A stretch of 64,000 nucleotides of DNA, from the NCBI RefSeq assembly GCF_018977255.1, contig NW_024704742.1, positions 4,094,001-4,158,000 on the forward strand. The letters run 5' to 3'. The translations under genes and the position numbers were made by a program. Below are positions 50,601 to 64,000 of the stretch, in pieces (the first letter of the stretch is position 1; the number at the start of each line of letters is the position of its first letter). Under the pieces are notes generated by a model. That model was not told the origin of the DNA. It saw nothing but the letters and a program-made list of their open reading frames with translations, and ran no database searches. Source of the stretch: Callorhinchus milii. Lineage: Eukaryota.

Positions 50601-51720
50601 AGTTTGGATCTTAACCTCTCTGCCGCTTTCGACACTGTCGACCATTCTATCCTTCTCCACTACCTTTCCTCTCAGCTTCTCCTTCATGGTTCTGTCCTTT
50701 CCTGGTTTAATTTCCCAATGTCTTCATTTTGAATCTGCCAAAGGTTTCTCCTCCTGCACTGCATACTCAGTTACTGCGATCCTCAGGGTTCAACAACAAC
50801 AACTTGCACTTCTATAGCGCCCCTCTCACAGGGCATCGTCCTTGATAGTGGCGGAGCACGCCGCCGAGCTGGGGGAAGGGGGAGGTGACCGTAGGCACGG
50901 TCGAATAGAAAGGTCTTCAGGCCCGACCTGAAGATGGGGAAGGATGGGGCAAGGCGGAAGGATAGAGGAAGAGTCCTCAGTCATCTCCTCTTTAAAATCT
51001 ACACGCTCCCACTTGGGGACACCAACCAGAGGTATGGGGTTAACTTCCACGTGTCTTACAAACAAGTCTATCTCTCTGCCTCTGCCTCCACCTTGGTTCC
51101 AGGACCACTGCTGTTCTGACTGTTTACCTGTCAGACATCAAGTCCTGAATGAGAACTAACTTTCTCCAGATGAATGTCGACGAGACAGAGGCCCTCCTGC
51201 TTGATTCCACTCAGTGCTTCTCACCTCAGGCAGCATCAATGTATGAGGATGTACACTCCACCCCACGGAGCAAATGCACAACCTCGGTGTCTTGTTTGAC
51301 TCAATTGCCCTTTAAACCCCATATACAAGACCTGTGTGCAAACGTTCCTCCTTTACGGACCCGAGCTCCTGGGAATGCAGCCGAGAGGCTTCCTCTGACC
51401 CATTTTGCAGGATCGAGCAGTGAGGTGGATTTGTGGCAAACGTGGCAAGCGGTTGCAGGTATGGAGGGCTCTGGCCTACACTGGCCTGACACTGAGCCCC
51501 CTGGAGGATGCTTCACAGCGGGCATGTCTATTTGCCAAGGTCACTCGCATGAGCACCCAGATTAAGCAGCTGGTGCTGGGTAAACCTGGACTTCGAGAAC
51601 ATCAAAATGACTGACACGTCACAAGCTGTCCTGTAAAGCTCCTCCCACCACTCCAAAGGCAGATGTCCGCCAGATAGTGAATGAGGAAACTTGGAGGTTT
51701 CGGGCAACAGCTGTTCAAGT

Positions 51721-52097
51721 TAATAATCCTTGGATTTGACATAGCGCCTCTTCGAGACGTCTCAAAGCGCTTCACAGAATATACTCTAAAGTGAATTGAC
51801 TGTTTTGTAGGTGAAATGCGGCAGCCAGTTGCGCACAGCAGCGTCCCACAAACAGTCGTGGATTAAGTTTATTATTGACCAAATTATTATTATCCATTTA
51901 ATTAATTTTGCGAAGGATTTATTACCCCCAAAAAAGCGATCCGTCAATCGACTAACAACCGGGTTCCTATTTACAGCTGGGTAAACAGAGGCGTGTGGAG
52001 TAAGGAAACTTGCCCAAGGTTTCGCGCTGCTCGGGAATCGAGCCCAGGTCCCCTCGCTTGCGAGGCGAGTGCTCTAACCACTAAGTTACAGGACTCC
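51721..52097 (-). mobile_element. tRNA-derived SINE, long subfamily
   Basis: Reverse complement of the 20165 family. Confidence 0.85.
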
Positions 52098-54054
52098 ACG
52101 GCATTTGATTCCATAATCCGTGTTGGGGAGGTCAGCACTATGAATGAAAACACTAGCAGATGATCCAAATTTCCCCAAATCATGTGCAGCAGGTAGATAA
52201 TGGAAGCTGCCTCTTAGCAAGATTACGAGATCAATCAAAAATAATCGAAAGATATTCCATGGGGCAGGGGTAAAGGAGAATGCAAAGAGAAAGAAGACGT
52301 TGACGGTGTCTGACTCGTCAGACTCTAAACCTGAATCTGAAGACAGTGGCTATTGGCTCTCAAATTCAATTAATATGTCATCAGAACAAATTTCTTCTGC
52401 TCAACTAATTTTAGCCTGAACAGCCGAGATGCTAAGCAATGTGCAATACAAATCCTACAACTGCAACCCAACAAGAACCCGGACATTTCTTCTAACAACC
52501 CTTGCATTAACATGACGTCTCAAAGCACTTCGCAGAATATACTGTCAAGAAAGTCGACCGTGTATTTTGTGGGCAAAGCATTCAAAATGCAGCGTCACTG
52601 GGCTTCACGCTTGTACCTAATAGTCAATAATTTTGGGTGGAAAACAATATTTGATAATTATCCGAGCTTTGAAAGAAACTATTGGAAGTTGCAAGCCATA
52701 AATGGACAGTGCTGAGTTACTGTCAGTCCGGTGAGCCAATGGCAACCGGATACGAAATTTTAGGAGTCAACTCAAGATTTTCGTCCAGCTAGCGACACAA
52801 ACTGTGGCTAAATGAAGGTCTGATCTTGTCTCCCGCCCGCTGGCTGATCAGGCAGTGTTATCACCAGAAGTCACAATAGAAACGGTGACCTGGGCTGGCC
52901 TATCCTGTCAGCTGGAGGACCTGCAAAGGGAAGCTTTCAAGGGGAGAGCAAAAGAATTAACATTTGAATGTACTTATCGAGTCCATCATTCCCACGAAAC
53001 AAATTCATCCAGCAGCTTTTCTTTACATATTTAACACAAAAAATAATCTCGGAATAATTTAATTTTCTCTGCTCGCTGAAAAAAAAATGGTTAACAGAGA
53101 AATGCTCATTAATCAAGGGGAGACATCAGGGAATGCTGATGTCACCATGTACCACATTAGTGAAACAGCCAATACGGTGGCATACACTGATATTTATCAG
53201 GCATCTGTCATGATTTGGGGGGGGGGGATTAAATATCTTAACAATAAAACAAAACCTGCTGGATGAAAAACAAATACGATTTTGTGAAAACAATCATGGT
53301 TCCTGCCTTCGGGGCACTGAAGATTTGAAAAGCTTTAGTTGTTTGAGCTGAACCTGTTTAAAGGGGAAATAAAAAAAAAACCTTAAATAAGTTACCGGTT
53401 GAATCTTCCCTTATTTATTGGTTTGGACGATTTGTTTCTTTTGTGCATGTAACAGGAGAAAGCGTTTTATCTGTAAAGTCTTCAAGAAGAATTTGACGCA
53501 GATCAGAGAACGCTTACATACGTGTTCTCGTAAATCTTGTCGTTACCAACATCAAAGTGTTTGCACAACCCGGTCTCTTATTCTGCAGCTATAACATAAG
53601 AGTGCGTTGATTCCATGTGAAGTGTAATGGTACTATAGGTTGGATGACTTGCATGCAGGTAAGCATTTATTTCAGTGTGTGAGATATATGAACCATCATT
53701 ACATCGTTTCAACTGTCAACAAGATCTTGAAATACATTGCAGGAGTTCCTGGCAATCTGAAATGTAATCATTGTTATAAGAAGCTGTTTGGGAACCTAAA
53801 TTGGGATTCATTTATCGGGATTCATTCATATTATCTCAAGAGATAAACATCTTTATTAAATGAATACTAATAAGTACACTAAGTACGCTATCCACTCCAC
53901 CAACGCAGGGAGCCCTGGTATAATATGGTCCTCTCGGTCCAATATCTAAGAAGTTGCGTTACAACAAAGAAAAAATGTTCTCCTTCTGCATTATCAGGCT
54001 GTCGCTGACATTATGTCCTGTGTCTTGCACACAAACTTCCTTCACATTCTTTCA

Positions 54055-54156
54055 AAAAGTGACGTCAGAATTGCTTCCTGGGTGTAGCGGAGGAAGTGAC
54101 ATCCGCGGCGACTTCAACATCGGCCATTTTTAAGCAAGGAAAGCTCACCGGTTAGT
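54055..54156 (+). promoter_or_regulatory. Promoter-like motif cluster (CRE, two ETS, YY1) inside a ZCCHC7 intron
   Basis: TGACGTCA 54060, CTTCCTG 54074, GGAAGTGAC 54092, CGGCCATTTT 54121; locally CpG-rich. Confidence 0.45.
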
Positions 54157-54933
54157 AAATGTAACGTAAAAATACAACGTTTAGGACCAGAACTATACGA
54201 TCTGGTTTTTGGCATTTTTCTCTCTTCCTTTCTCAAGAAGGAGTGAAATACTGATTACTCTGCGATTGTCCCTGAACTCGTGGACTTATACATTCCTCTT
54301 CAGGTTTCTGCCAGGGTCCTGGCCAACAGTCCCCTATTCACCTCACGGCTGTTTGTGAAGCAAATGGGCTGCTGCCTTCACCTAATAAATAAAGCCACTG
54401 ACTTCTTAGTAAAATCCCATGAAGCGCTTTGAGATGTCCTCCCGAGAGTGAAAAGCACTGCAACCAAATGCAAGGCTTATTATATTACTATTGTTCTTTT
54501 GTTTCAGTGAATATGTATTTGAAAATCCCTTTATGATACTCAAGACATTTTTAAAGTAATCTTACATTCCATAGTTCTCTTAGGTATCATATGCTGGCAG
54601 AGCTGATGGTTCTTATCAGCCTTCCAATACTGAACCGTGTTTATCCTCACTCCTGGCCAGGCAGTACTTTCCTTGAAACTCAGATAGTCTATGCACTGCA
54701 AGGGTGTAACACGTTGTTGGAGTTGCCATTCTTTGGATGGGACATAGAAATTTTCTACGATCCGTGAAGAGTTTGTAACCGTGTGGGTCAATGTTTACAC
54801 GCTACCCACTTGTACCAAAAGTAAGGATTTTTTTTTTAAATAACCTGTTTTTGTTCATCTTTATAATTTATTCAACTCTCCTGCCAAGCAGATTGCTTTC
54901 ACATCCTAAAAGCTTTCAGTTTATAAATATTGT

Positions 54934-55310
54934 GGAGTCCTGTAGCTCAGTAGTTAGAGCGCTTGCACTTGTAAGCGAGAGACCCGGGTTTGATTCCCGG
55001 GCAGGGGGCGAAATGTTGGGCAAGTTTCCTTGCTCCACACGCCTCTGTTCACCGAGCAGTAAGTAGCAACCCGGCTGGTAGTCAATTGGCGGATCAGTTA
55101 TCCGGAGGTATTACTGCCTTCAACAAAAAAAGAATAAATAATAATTTGGTCATTCAATCCACGACTGTTTGTGGGACACTGCTGTGCATAATTGGCTGCT
55201 GTGTTTCGCCTGCAAAATAATCAATTCACTTTACAGTATATTCTGTGAAGCGCTTTGAGACGTCTCGAAGACGTGATAAGATGTTTTATCAAATGCAAGG
55301 ATTATTATTA
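54934..55310 (+). mobile_element. tRNA-derived SINE, long subfamily
   Basis: Full head, middle segment and (ATT)n tail. Confidence 0.85.
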
Positions 55311-58300
55311 TACTATCTTTATTTTTGCATCTCTACAAAAGTATATTAGCCTCTTTTATCCTTCGATCAATTGCAATTTATCCTGAGTGAATTGTTTTGC
55401 ACTGTTCTGATGTAGATTTCCCTATTGTTCTAATTTCCTTTGTTAATATCTCTAAATTACAAACCATGAGATCACCAACAGCTTCAGACCATGTTGGCTG
55501 AAGAACAAACTGAGTAACAAAACAAATTTGCACAACCATTAGCATGTGATGCAACTACAGAGGGCATTTAGTAACAAGCATTTCTAAATAATTTATATCA
55601 ACAGTAAAAAAAAGTTATCGGTGCTACACAGCTGACATAAAAACAATTAATTACAATCTATACAAATAACTTTCAGCAGTAAGTAGGAACCTGGTTGTTA
55701 GTCGATTAGTGGATCGTATTTCCAGGGGTAATAATCCCTTCAAAATAATAATAATAGTTTGGTCACTCAATTCACAACTGTTTGTGGGACACTGCTGTGT
55801 GCAATTGGCTGCCACATTTCGCCCAATGTCTCAACGTTGTAAAAAAGTGCGATATTAAACATGAGGTGCAGTGACTGTATTTTGTAGGCAAAAGCGGCAG
55901 CTAATATGCGCTCAGCAACGTCTCATGAAAAAACAAACCGAATGACTAACTTTATTTGGGACATTATTGGCCAGGACCTCTCATTTTTAATATATGTATT
56001 AAACACAAAGAACCATCAACACACAATGAAACGACAGAACCAAAGTCACAAATTAAATTCCACTCGTTAAGACCTCAATAACTTGCTTGAAGTTATTGAA
56101 TATTGTCAATTTAGTAAACGAGATATAAGTAACCACTATTTATTGCATGTCATACCCTTTCAGAATAATCTTCACTAATTAAATCACAACTCATCCTGAA
56201 GTTCCTCACACACTATTTTTAAAATCATAGAATAAAACCGTGTTGGATGTAGTTGGAATGGAAATGTTACCCTGTGCTGCTTACCCTGAAAAACCTTAAG
56301 CTGTTCACCATAAGAAGTGGAGACTTTAGGAAAGATAACCGAAAGGGAGGTCAAAGAGGAAGGTCTTGAGGCAGAAATTGATGGAGGTGAGGGAAGGGGA
56401 GAGTGGTAGGGAATCCAGGATTGAGTTCCAGAGAGTGAGGGCGTACAGGCCAAAAGTCCAACGGCTGATGGACAATCCACAGGAGATTTACCCTTTTCAA
56501 AATGTTTCTTATTTAACACGCTGAAAGCAAATACATTAAACTGAATGAAAGGGTAAAACAAAGATGGCTAAGGTTGCTACCCATTTTCTAACAATCTCTC
56601 AGTTTTGTAAAGAGATTGGCAGTGTGGAGAGAAGCGGTTATTTAATACTGAAATCAAAAATGCTTCAGAGTGGTATTAATGTGGTCTTAATGATACTATT
56701 TTTCTTGCATAACAGTTGAATCTGATTTATTTATGCCTCTTATGACACCACCAGAAAACAAAACTATTATTTTCCAATTGAAGCAAAGTTTACACTAAGC
56801 AAAACACAGATCAGCTAACGTGCCAAAGCAAATGGGGGCTTTGCTATTTCAAAGAAACATGGAGATATTCTTCTCCTGGTTATTGTAATTCGTAATGGCC
56901 TTTGAATCCAAAATTGCCTTCAAATTAATTTGGTGCTGCTTTCGTTGCTGTTCATAGAACATTGTTGGCGCAGATTAGCTACTATGTTTGGATGTCAGCC
57001 TGGTTTATTTGGTAGCACTCTCGCTTCTGGGCCGTAAAGTTGTGGGTTCGAACCCCACTCGGAACTCAAGAGTTTAGCCTGACCTTCCAATACAATCCAT
57101 TGTCGAACGCGCAGCCCTTCGGATGAGTCATTTGCTAGTTCAGGTGGATATTAAAGATCCCACGGCACTCTTTGAAAAGAGGAGGGGGTTTCGAGACGTC
57201 TCAAAGCGCTTCACTGTGAAGTAAATTGACTGTACATTTTGTGGGCAAAACACGGCAGCTAATTGCACGCAACAGAGTCCCCACAAACGCTCGTGGATTG
57301 AGTGACCTAATTTTAATAATAATAGTACGAACAAAAAGTAATAGTCATCCTTGCATTTGATATGGCACCTTTCACATCAAGAGGATGGGGGAATTGTTGG
57401 CCAGGACACTAGAAGAAACTTCTTTCTCTTTTTGAATAGCGCCACAGGATCTTTAACGTCCACCTGAACAGGCAGACGTCAGTTTCAAGCCATCTACACC
57501 TGGACATTTCCCTGTGTCTGGAATGCAATGCACACTCTCAATGCACGCCCTAACTAGTTCAGGAAAATATTAAACAAGGGCAGGCAAGAGCTAAGGTTTG
57601 GGGACCCCAGAGTGTGCATTGAGGAACTGATGGGAGTCTAACCAGCTCAAACTGCGTAGCTTGCCATGGCACATTCTGCCTGGCGAGCATCCCTGGGCTT
57701 TGTCCATCTAGAATCACCCTACCTGTTCAGTATTAATAGTTGAGTGGGAAAAATTGTTGCCCCCAGTGACTGGTCCTCTAAGTCCTGCCAATGAGCAGGT
57801 TGACTGGCCTGTCATCAACAGTGCCTTGAAGTATTGGTGATCCACCCGGCTCAGGAACTCGATTACCAAATACCACCACGAGAATCAACCTGATTCCCAT
57901 ATTCCATTGTCAGGTAAGTCGCCTTAGAGTCAACTCAATGCCAAAGGAGGGTGGTCAGTGGTTGAAGTGCAGGAGCCTTGGCATCATCAGGAGTATTGAC
58001 TTACTTAGTATTGCCTAACATTGTAGCCAGGCCCAATTAGTGCAGATAACGGGACCCGCCAATGTGTATGAGCATTCTGGCAAATGTTGTGCACAGAACC
58101 GATTTTGCGAGTTTAAAAACACCCCATAAAGAATCCACATACGGAATAGTTTCCCAAAGAAAAAGAAATACCCTCAATTAGCGCTGAATTAGCTTCATTC
58201 GGCCTGTATTTTTTCCTTAATGGAGGCTATTAAACAGCTATGAAGTGAGTGACCAATTTTATTTGGAGGATTATTGGCCAGGACAATGAGAGAAACTCCT

Positions 58301-59843
58301 TTCTTTTTTTTGTTTGAATCGTTCACCTGAACAAGCAGACAGGGGCAACAGTTAATGTCTCATCAGAAAGACGATATCTCTGACAAGGCAACGCACCCCC
58401 CAGCATTGCATTGGAATGTCAGCCTAAACTGTGAGTTTGTGACGAGATCAGGAGGTGACAACAAGGCTCATATCAGGGAAGTCCATTTAAGAAAAGAAGT
58501 CTCTGACTTCACACTGAAATAATTTAATTCCGTTTGGGTAAACTACATCTCACATTATGTTATAAACAAAAACAAGTACCTTGACAAGTGACTGATGTCT
58601 GATTCATTCAGTCTAATCCCCAGCAGACACACAAACTACCTCGCATCTGTTAAATCCTGCCTTTAAAGTAAAGGCAAGTCACAGACACCCTCAATGCTTC
58701 AATAATGAAAGAAAGACGTTTGAAGCAAAGGTGCACGGAAAACCCCAAATAACAAATTGCAGAAAGTGGCAGTGTGACTCTTCAATGGATTTCAAATGTT
58801 TTCCAGTCATGCAATATTTAGTTGAGTCTAGCTCTAATTGTTATAGAAACCTCAAAGGACAAGACTATCATTAACGCCACATTGTCTCTGAAGAATAATT
58901 TTGGAACGTAGCCCTGCAAAACAAAACGCCAGTAAACAAAGCCTTGAAATTCTCTGCCAAAGAGCAAGCGATACCTTCTCCAATAGATGGCAGTATGCAT
59001 CTTAATTATGAGCCATTCAGCTCTGTGGATCCTCACACTTTTAAATAAAACGCCAGCCGAGGCTATTTTTTTTTAACGACGTAATTGTTAACTCGTTCCT
59101 CGTTCAAGATCAGCTTTCCATGAACTGTTAGCAACAATCGGTTATTATAACCCGATGCACTATTCCTGTTCTTGTATCCTTTCAGTGCATTAGGGCACAT
59201 TTATTATCACAATCTACAATCGCATTTTGTTGTAACTGAATCTCAAGCTGGTGGAAATCTGTATTTCCTACACCAAAGGGTTGTGCTTCAATTTTATTTT
59301 TCGTTTCTTAGTACATTCCAGTATTGTACCTTTGAGACACATTGATAGAAAAAAGTATATGGCTTATATGTTACAGTGAATTGATCAATGCTAGGAGAGC
59401 GATGAAATCCGAATCCAACTCGGATCCCAGTGTGTTTAATTAAGTACATATTAAAACTAGACTCCCTCTATCAAAATGGAGAAACCCTGATTTATTTTAA
59501 GCTTTTTCTACTTGTATGAAAGTTTCCACTGTTATATCAGTTGCATCCTAATGCCAAGACATGACCCAGAGGGTGAATCATGATTCTTTTATTGCAACGA
59601 ACATTAATGGTCGTTTGGTGTCCATTCAAATTATAAAAAACAGCTAGCGACAAACAAATCATAAATACCAGATTTCAAAATAAATAAACAAAAGCCCTTT
59701 CTAGTCAAGTACTTTATGTAAATATAGGCAACCAAAACAATGATGTTTTATCAGATTAAATGCAGAAAACAACAATTTATCGTATCCAACACTGATGTTT
59801 ATGTTATTCTTAAAGAAGGTCTCATTTGGTATTAAACAAGTTT

Positions 59844-60060
59844 AATAATAATAATAATAATAATCCTTGCATTTGATATAGCGCTTTTCACGTCGGGAGG
59901 ACGTCCCAAAGCGCTTCACACAATATACTGTAAAGTGAATTGACTGTATATTTGAGGGCGAACGCGGCAGCCAATTGCGCACAGCAATGTCCCACAAACA
60001 GTCATGGATTGAAAATGAACAATTTATTATTGTTTTTGGTTTTTGGAGGGATTATTATTA
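59844..60060 (-). mobile_element. 5'-truncated young SINE
   Basis: Matches the 3' part of the 5669 family. Confidence 0.85.
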
Positions 60061-62268
60061 GTATGCTTCAAGCGATTCATTCAACAAAAACCTACAGTAA
60101 CAACTTAACCCTTTGAAATTCCATCATAACAATCTTGGAAAATGTCCAAAAATGCAAAATTATTTTCAACACTTGCTTCAAATGATATGCAAGTGTGGGC
60201 AATATCTGTGCGATGTCTAATTCTGAGTCACATATATAAAAAAAAATCTCTGCAGAATAGAATACAGAATACAGAAAATCTGATGGAAATACAAGTTTTT
60301 CAGACACTGAGCGAGTCCTTCAGCTCCTCCGAACATTAATTCAACTGCCTTTGAGAAAGCAACATTGATATCAACAAATCCTGTAGATGGATTTTCTATG
60401 ATAACTTAACCGTTTCTTTTCATCAAATGTACATCAGGCTTTCAATTCTATTTTTATTTACACACTTATTCGTTTAAATTAGCCGCATTTAAATAAGTCT
60501 GGGGCCTTATTCAAAAGTCTTCTCGCCTGTGAGCAATAGGTAAGCAGACATTTCCTGTGGTAACCAGATCAGAGGGCTGAGCCAGTGCCATAAGGGAGTG
60601 GCCGAGTTTTAAAATGTAATGTTCTGGCTGGATGGTATTATAATACACTTTAAACTGGGAGGTATCTGCCACCAATTATTCACAGGTTTGGCTTCATTTC
60701 ACTAAGGCATCAATTTTCCAACGCAGCAATTGCAGCACTGTTTAGACATCTCGTTCGTATCTGTTCCCGGCTCACATCTAATGGTATCCTTCCCACGGAC
60801 TCAAACCACACAAAAAGGGCATTTAATTTATCATTCATAATTTTAAACTGACGAACTGTATATTAAAACTGCAAGAACTCGTCCTTTAATTCAAGGTAAC
60901 ACAAAATAATCTCGTTGGGGGTGGGAGAAATCCAGTTATAAAGATGCCATTTCAGATATAGAATAATACCATTGGATCAACTTTAATTTATGTATCTATT
61001 AATCATGCCCGTCCTGCTAGAAAACTGAACTTTACATCAGGTTTATTGATCTAGGATTTTCTGATATAAAGTTATGCTTTCAAGCTCAGGGCAGGCTTGA
61101 TCAAGCAATCCATAAATAACATTTATTATTTTTTAAATCTCAGACCCATCAGGATTAATTTGAAGCAATTTTATTTTCAGGAAATTATATCTGTGAAGTC
61201 CCATTACAAAATCACATAAATTGTGGGGTCACTCAACTCCGAAATCTTAGCCAATTCAGCACATTCTGATAAAACTGTTCTACAAAAATATTTCCAACAG
61301 AATATGCCAATGACTACAATGATTAAAGGAAACCTCTTAAATCTAAAATTCAAGACCAATACTTGCGGAACTTGTGGAAAGCCACTGATCATTTGAAAAG
61401 ATCCGTGCAAATTAATGGAAGATAAAGGTTTGCTGCAATAACTGGTCCACCATTCTGAGATGCCGTTCCTTTGAGAAGGCCCACACATCAACGGCTTGGG
61501 GGTTATTAGTCACTTGTGAAACCTAACTGTGGCAACAATTAAATCAGTCGTCCATAAGAGGACCCAGACATATTCGAGACAACCCATCTCATACTGAAAA
61601 AAACAATTTATCACAATAGAATAAATGCATTATTATATGATGACGGTAATGCACTTGTAGTCAGTTCTACTTCGGTGCAGAAACCTTAATAAACTCAAGA
61701 CGTAGCTCGTGTCATTCAAGATATTCTGAAGAAAATGTATCACACGCAAACAACAGAAGTACCACTCAATGTGTGCAATCTAATATGGCTCCAGCATCAC
61801 TGAAGGAAATAAAAATTCTCCCTTGAGTATTTTAAATGAACGGTAGGAAAACCAGAATGATTATGTTCAAAACTGCTCAGTCTGATTTTTTATTTTTTTT
61901 GATAAAAACACAAGAAGTAACTTCTGCTTCTCTGTACCAGGAACACACCCTAGCTCACAGCATGTCACCAGCACTGATCACAGATATCCAAACCACTTAT
62001 TTTTATTCCTTGACTTTACCTGATCAGATATGGCCCCCAAAATACAAAAAAAAATGACTAGCTTAAGACAGCAATTATGGGCTGAATTTATAACAAAAAA
62101 GGGCCCATTATGGTACGTGTTACAGAGCACGGATTAAAATTCACACATCAAGTGTGAACATTTAAAAAAAAAAGAAAATTAATGATTTTCAGCTATGCTG
62201 AAATAAATATCTTAATGTTGCTCCAATAGAAAGTAAAAGTATTTTTTGGATAAAAATGTTTTACTTAC

Positions 62269-62304
62269 GGTTACATGATACTGTCTCCATATTTCAGGAC
62301 ATGC
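62269..62304 (-). CDS. ZCCHC7: ZCCHC7 36-nt exon with the IWRxY motif
   Basis: Polypyrimidine tract plus tag acceptor, gtaagt donor; ACPEIWRQYHVT carries the AIR1/2 family IWRxY motif. Confidence 0.92.
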
Positions 62305-64000
62305 CTAGAGGAAAAAAAAATGTCAGCTTGAAGCAAATCGTACAAAGCTTAAAAAAATGAATGATCGGATCAAACGTACAGTCTCTGTTTTTTGCTCGAA
62401 TAAAGGTTAAACCAGAAAGAATACACTTAGAAATGTAAACTTCCCCTGTTGAGGGAAACAGTTTTTCATCAAATTTTCAGACCACAACACCTTCCAAATA
62501 ATAACAAGGGAATCCGGGATGATTGGCGTATAGTTAAGACTTATTACAAATGCTTCTCAGCAATAAATTCCAGATCTTGAGAAAATAGTCAGTGAATATT
62601 GGCTGAAGACATTTGAAAATGTCCCTAAACTTGACTAGACGGGCAGGTAAAACCCACCGATACTCTCGGAGAGAGAGCGTTTAACAGACGTGTGTGTGTG
62701 GATAACAAGCAGTATCCTTCTCAATGGACCATAACCAGTAAAATTAAAGATATTTCCCAGAAGCAATTCAAAATAGATTTTATAAATGAAATCAGTGCAC
62801 TTAAATTACACGGAGAAACTGATAATTTTTGCATTTCGTTTTTTTTCTATTTTTCTGTTCCTCTTCTATTTCCAAACCCATGTAATTCTTTTCGGAGATT
62901 AGAGGATTCACTATTTCTTCTTTTTAAAAAATATACTGTCTATAGCCCAGTGTGTTTTTTCCTCTCATTTTTCCTTCATGAGCCATCAAGCACATATGGA
63001 GTTACAATTTTGAATGGATTGGGATTGAGCAAAACTCAAGAGCTGTAGCTAAAAGCAAAATTTTTATTTTTATAAAAAAAAGTAAAACAAGCTGTTTGAT
63101 GTTAGTTAGTAAATCAAAATCTTTGGCTCTAACAATTCAACGACCTTTTGTATATATACAATTAGCTGTTACCAATACAATAATCAATATATGTCCATTT
63201 GCTGTACTTAACGTTGAATATCTTTGAAATTTTAAAAACATTTTAAAAAAGAGACCCAATTGCAGATTTTTTTGTATTAAAAAAATGCAGGAATAAAACT
63301 CTTCGATTTATTCCAACATTGTGAATGAAAACATATTTGACAGTTCTATAGTCTGCTAATTTTACTTTATAAATGAATCGAAAAACATTTTATTTGCAGA
63401 TTTTTTAAATAAAGGCAATTATTGAAGCAGTAATGGAAATTCAGTATTACACTACTAATTTCCATCTATTTTCAGGTATAACCCTATGTATGATTTTGAA
63501 CATCAAGAGAATGTTTCTACAGTGAGCAGCTCAAGGAATAGTTTTTTTTGTATTGACATTCAGTTTGAATGGGCAAAAGTTTTTTCTTCCTGTTTCCGAC
63601 TGGATATCATGAAACATAATAAGTGGCCATTTTGGTGTCATTTACTTCACTCTATACACACAAAGGGTGTGTGTACTGTATATACCTGTACACACATACA
63701 GTCGGTCAGTCTCATTGGTCTAAAGACACAGTTGTATGTTGTTCCATGCCAATGTCTAATAAAACAAATAGTTTTCAAAAACCCTCTGGCTATGACACTG
63801 TGGGAACCAATTAATTGTATTTTTCTTGCTGACTGTTAATTATTTTAGTGCATATTTGTGTATTCCAAGTATTTTCTCCCTGTAGTATATTACAATGTAG
63901 AATGTACATAATATTCTACAGTAATTCAACACCCCCATAGTTTAGACGATACAGGTTGCAGAAGGAAATTGATTTGCTTCACTCTGTAGTAGAGATAAAT

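Noticed and set aside
62305..64000. Next upstream ZCCHC7 zinc-knuckle exon
   Set aside because: I found no CCHC-coding segment with splice sites; it probably lies beyond the window

Overview
Repeat-rich vertebrate genomic DNA. The SINE, L2, CR1 and Penelope content suggests a cartilaginous fish, possibly a holocephalan (inference). All three genes found are spliced and on the minus strand. (1) The 3' part of ZCCHC7: four coding exons at 62269-62304, 38743-38838, 37310-37427 and 35987-36513. (2) A complete 9-exon GRHPR-like paralog, 'copy B' (ATG 24749 to stop 8975, 355 aa), with an N-terminal extension and an Asp-type cofactor loop (YTDFEPKP). (3) About 1.1 kb downstream, a canonical-type GRHPR, 'copy A' (YTGRQPRP), with exons 1-6 at 7865-804 and the rest off the left edge. 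Internal exon sizes (131/73/117/89/105/136/131/122) match the human GRHPR structure as I recall it, and the ZCCHC7-GRHPR order matches the PAX5-linked synteny block. The best leads are the tandem GRHPR pair with a likely cofactor and compartment split, an exon-4 gene-conversion tract, a multi-GNRA pseudoknot-like element in an intron, hammerhead-like cores in Penelope-type repeats, and an intronic promoter-like motif cluster. Most ORFs in the supplied track are repeat-derived. All alignments and folds were done by eye.
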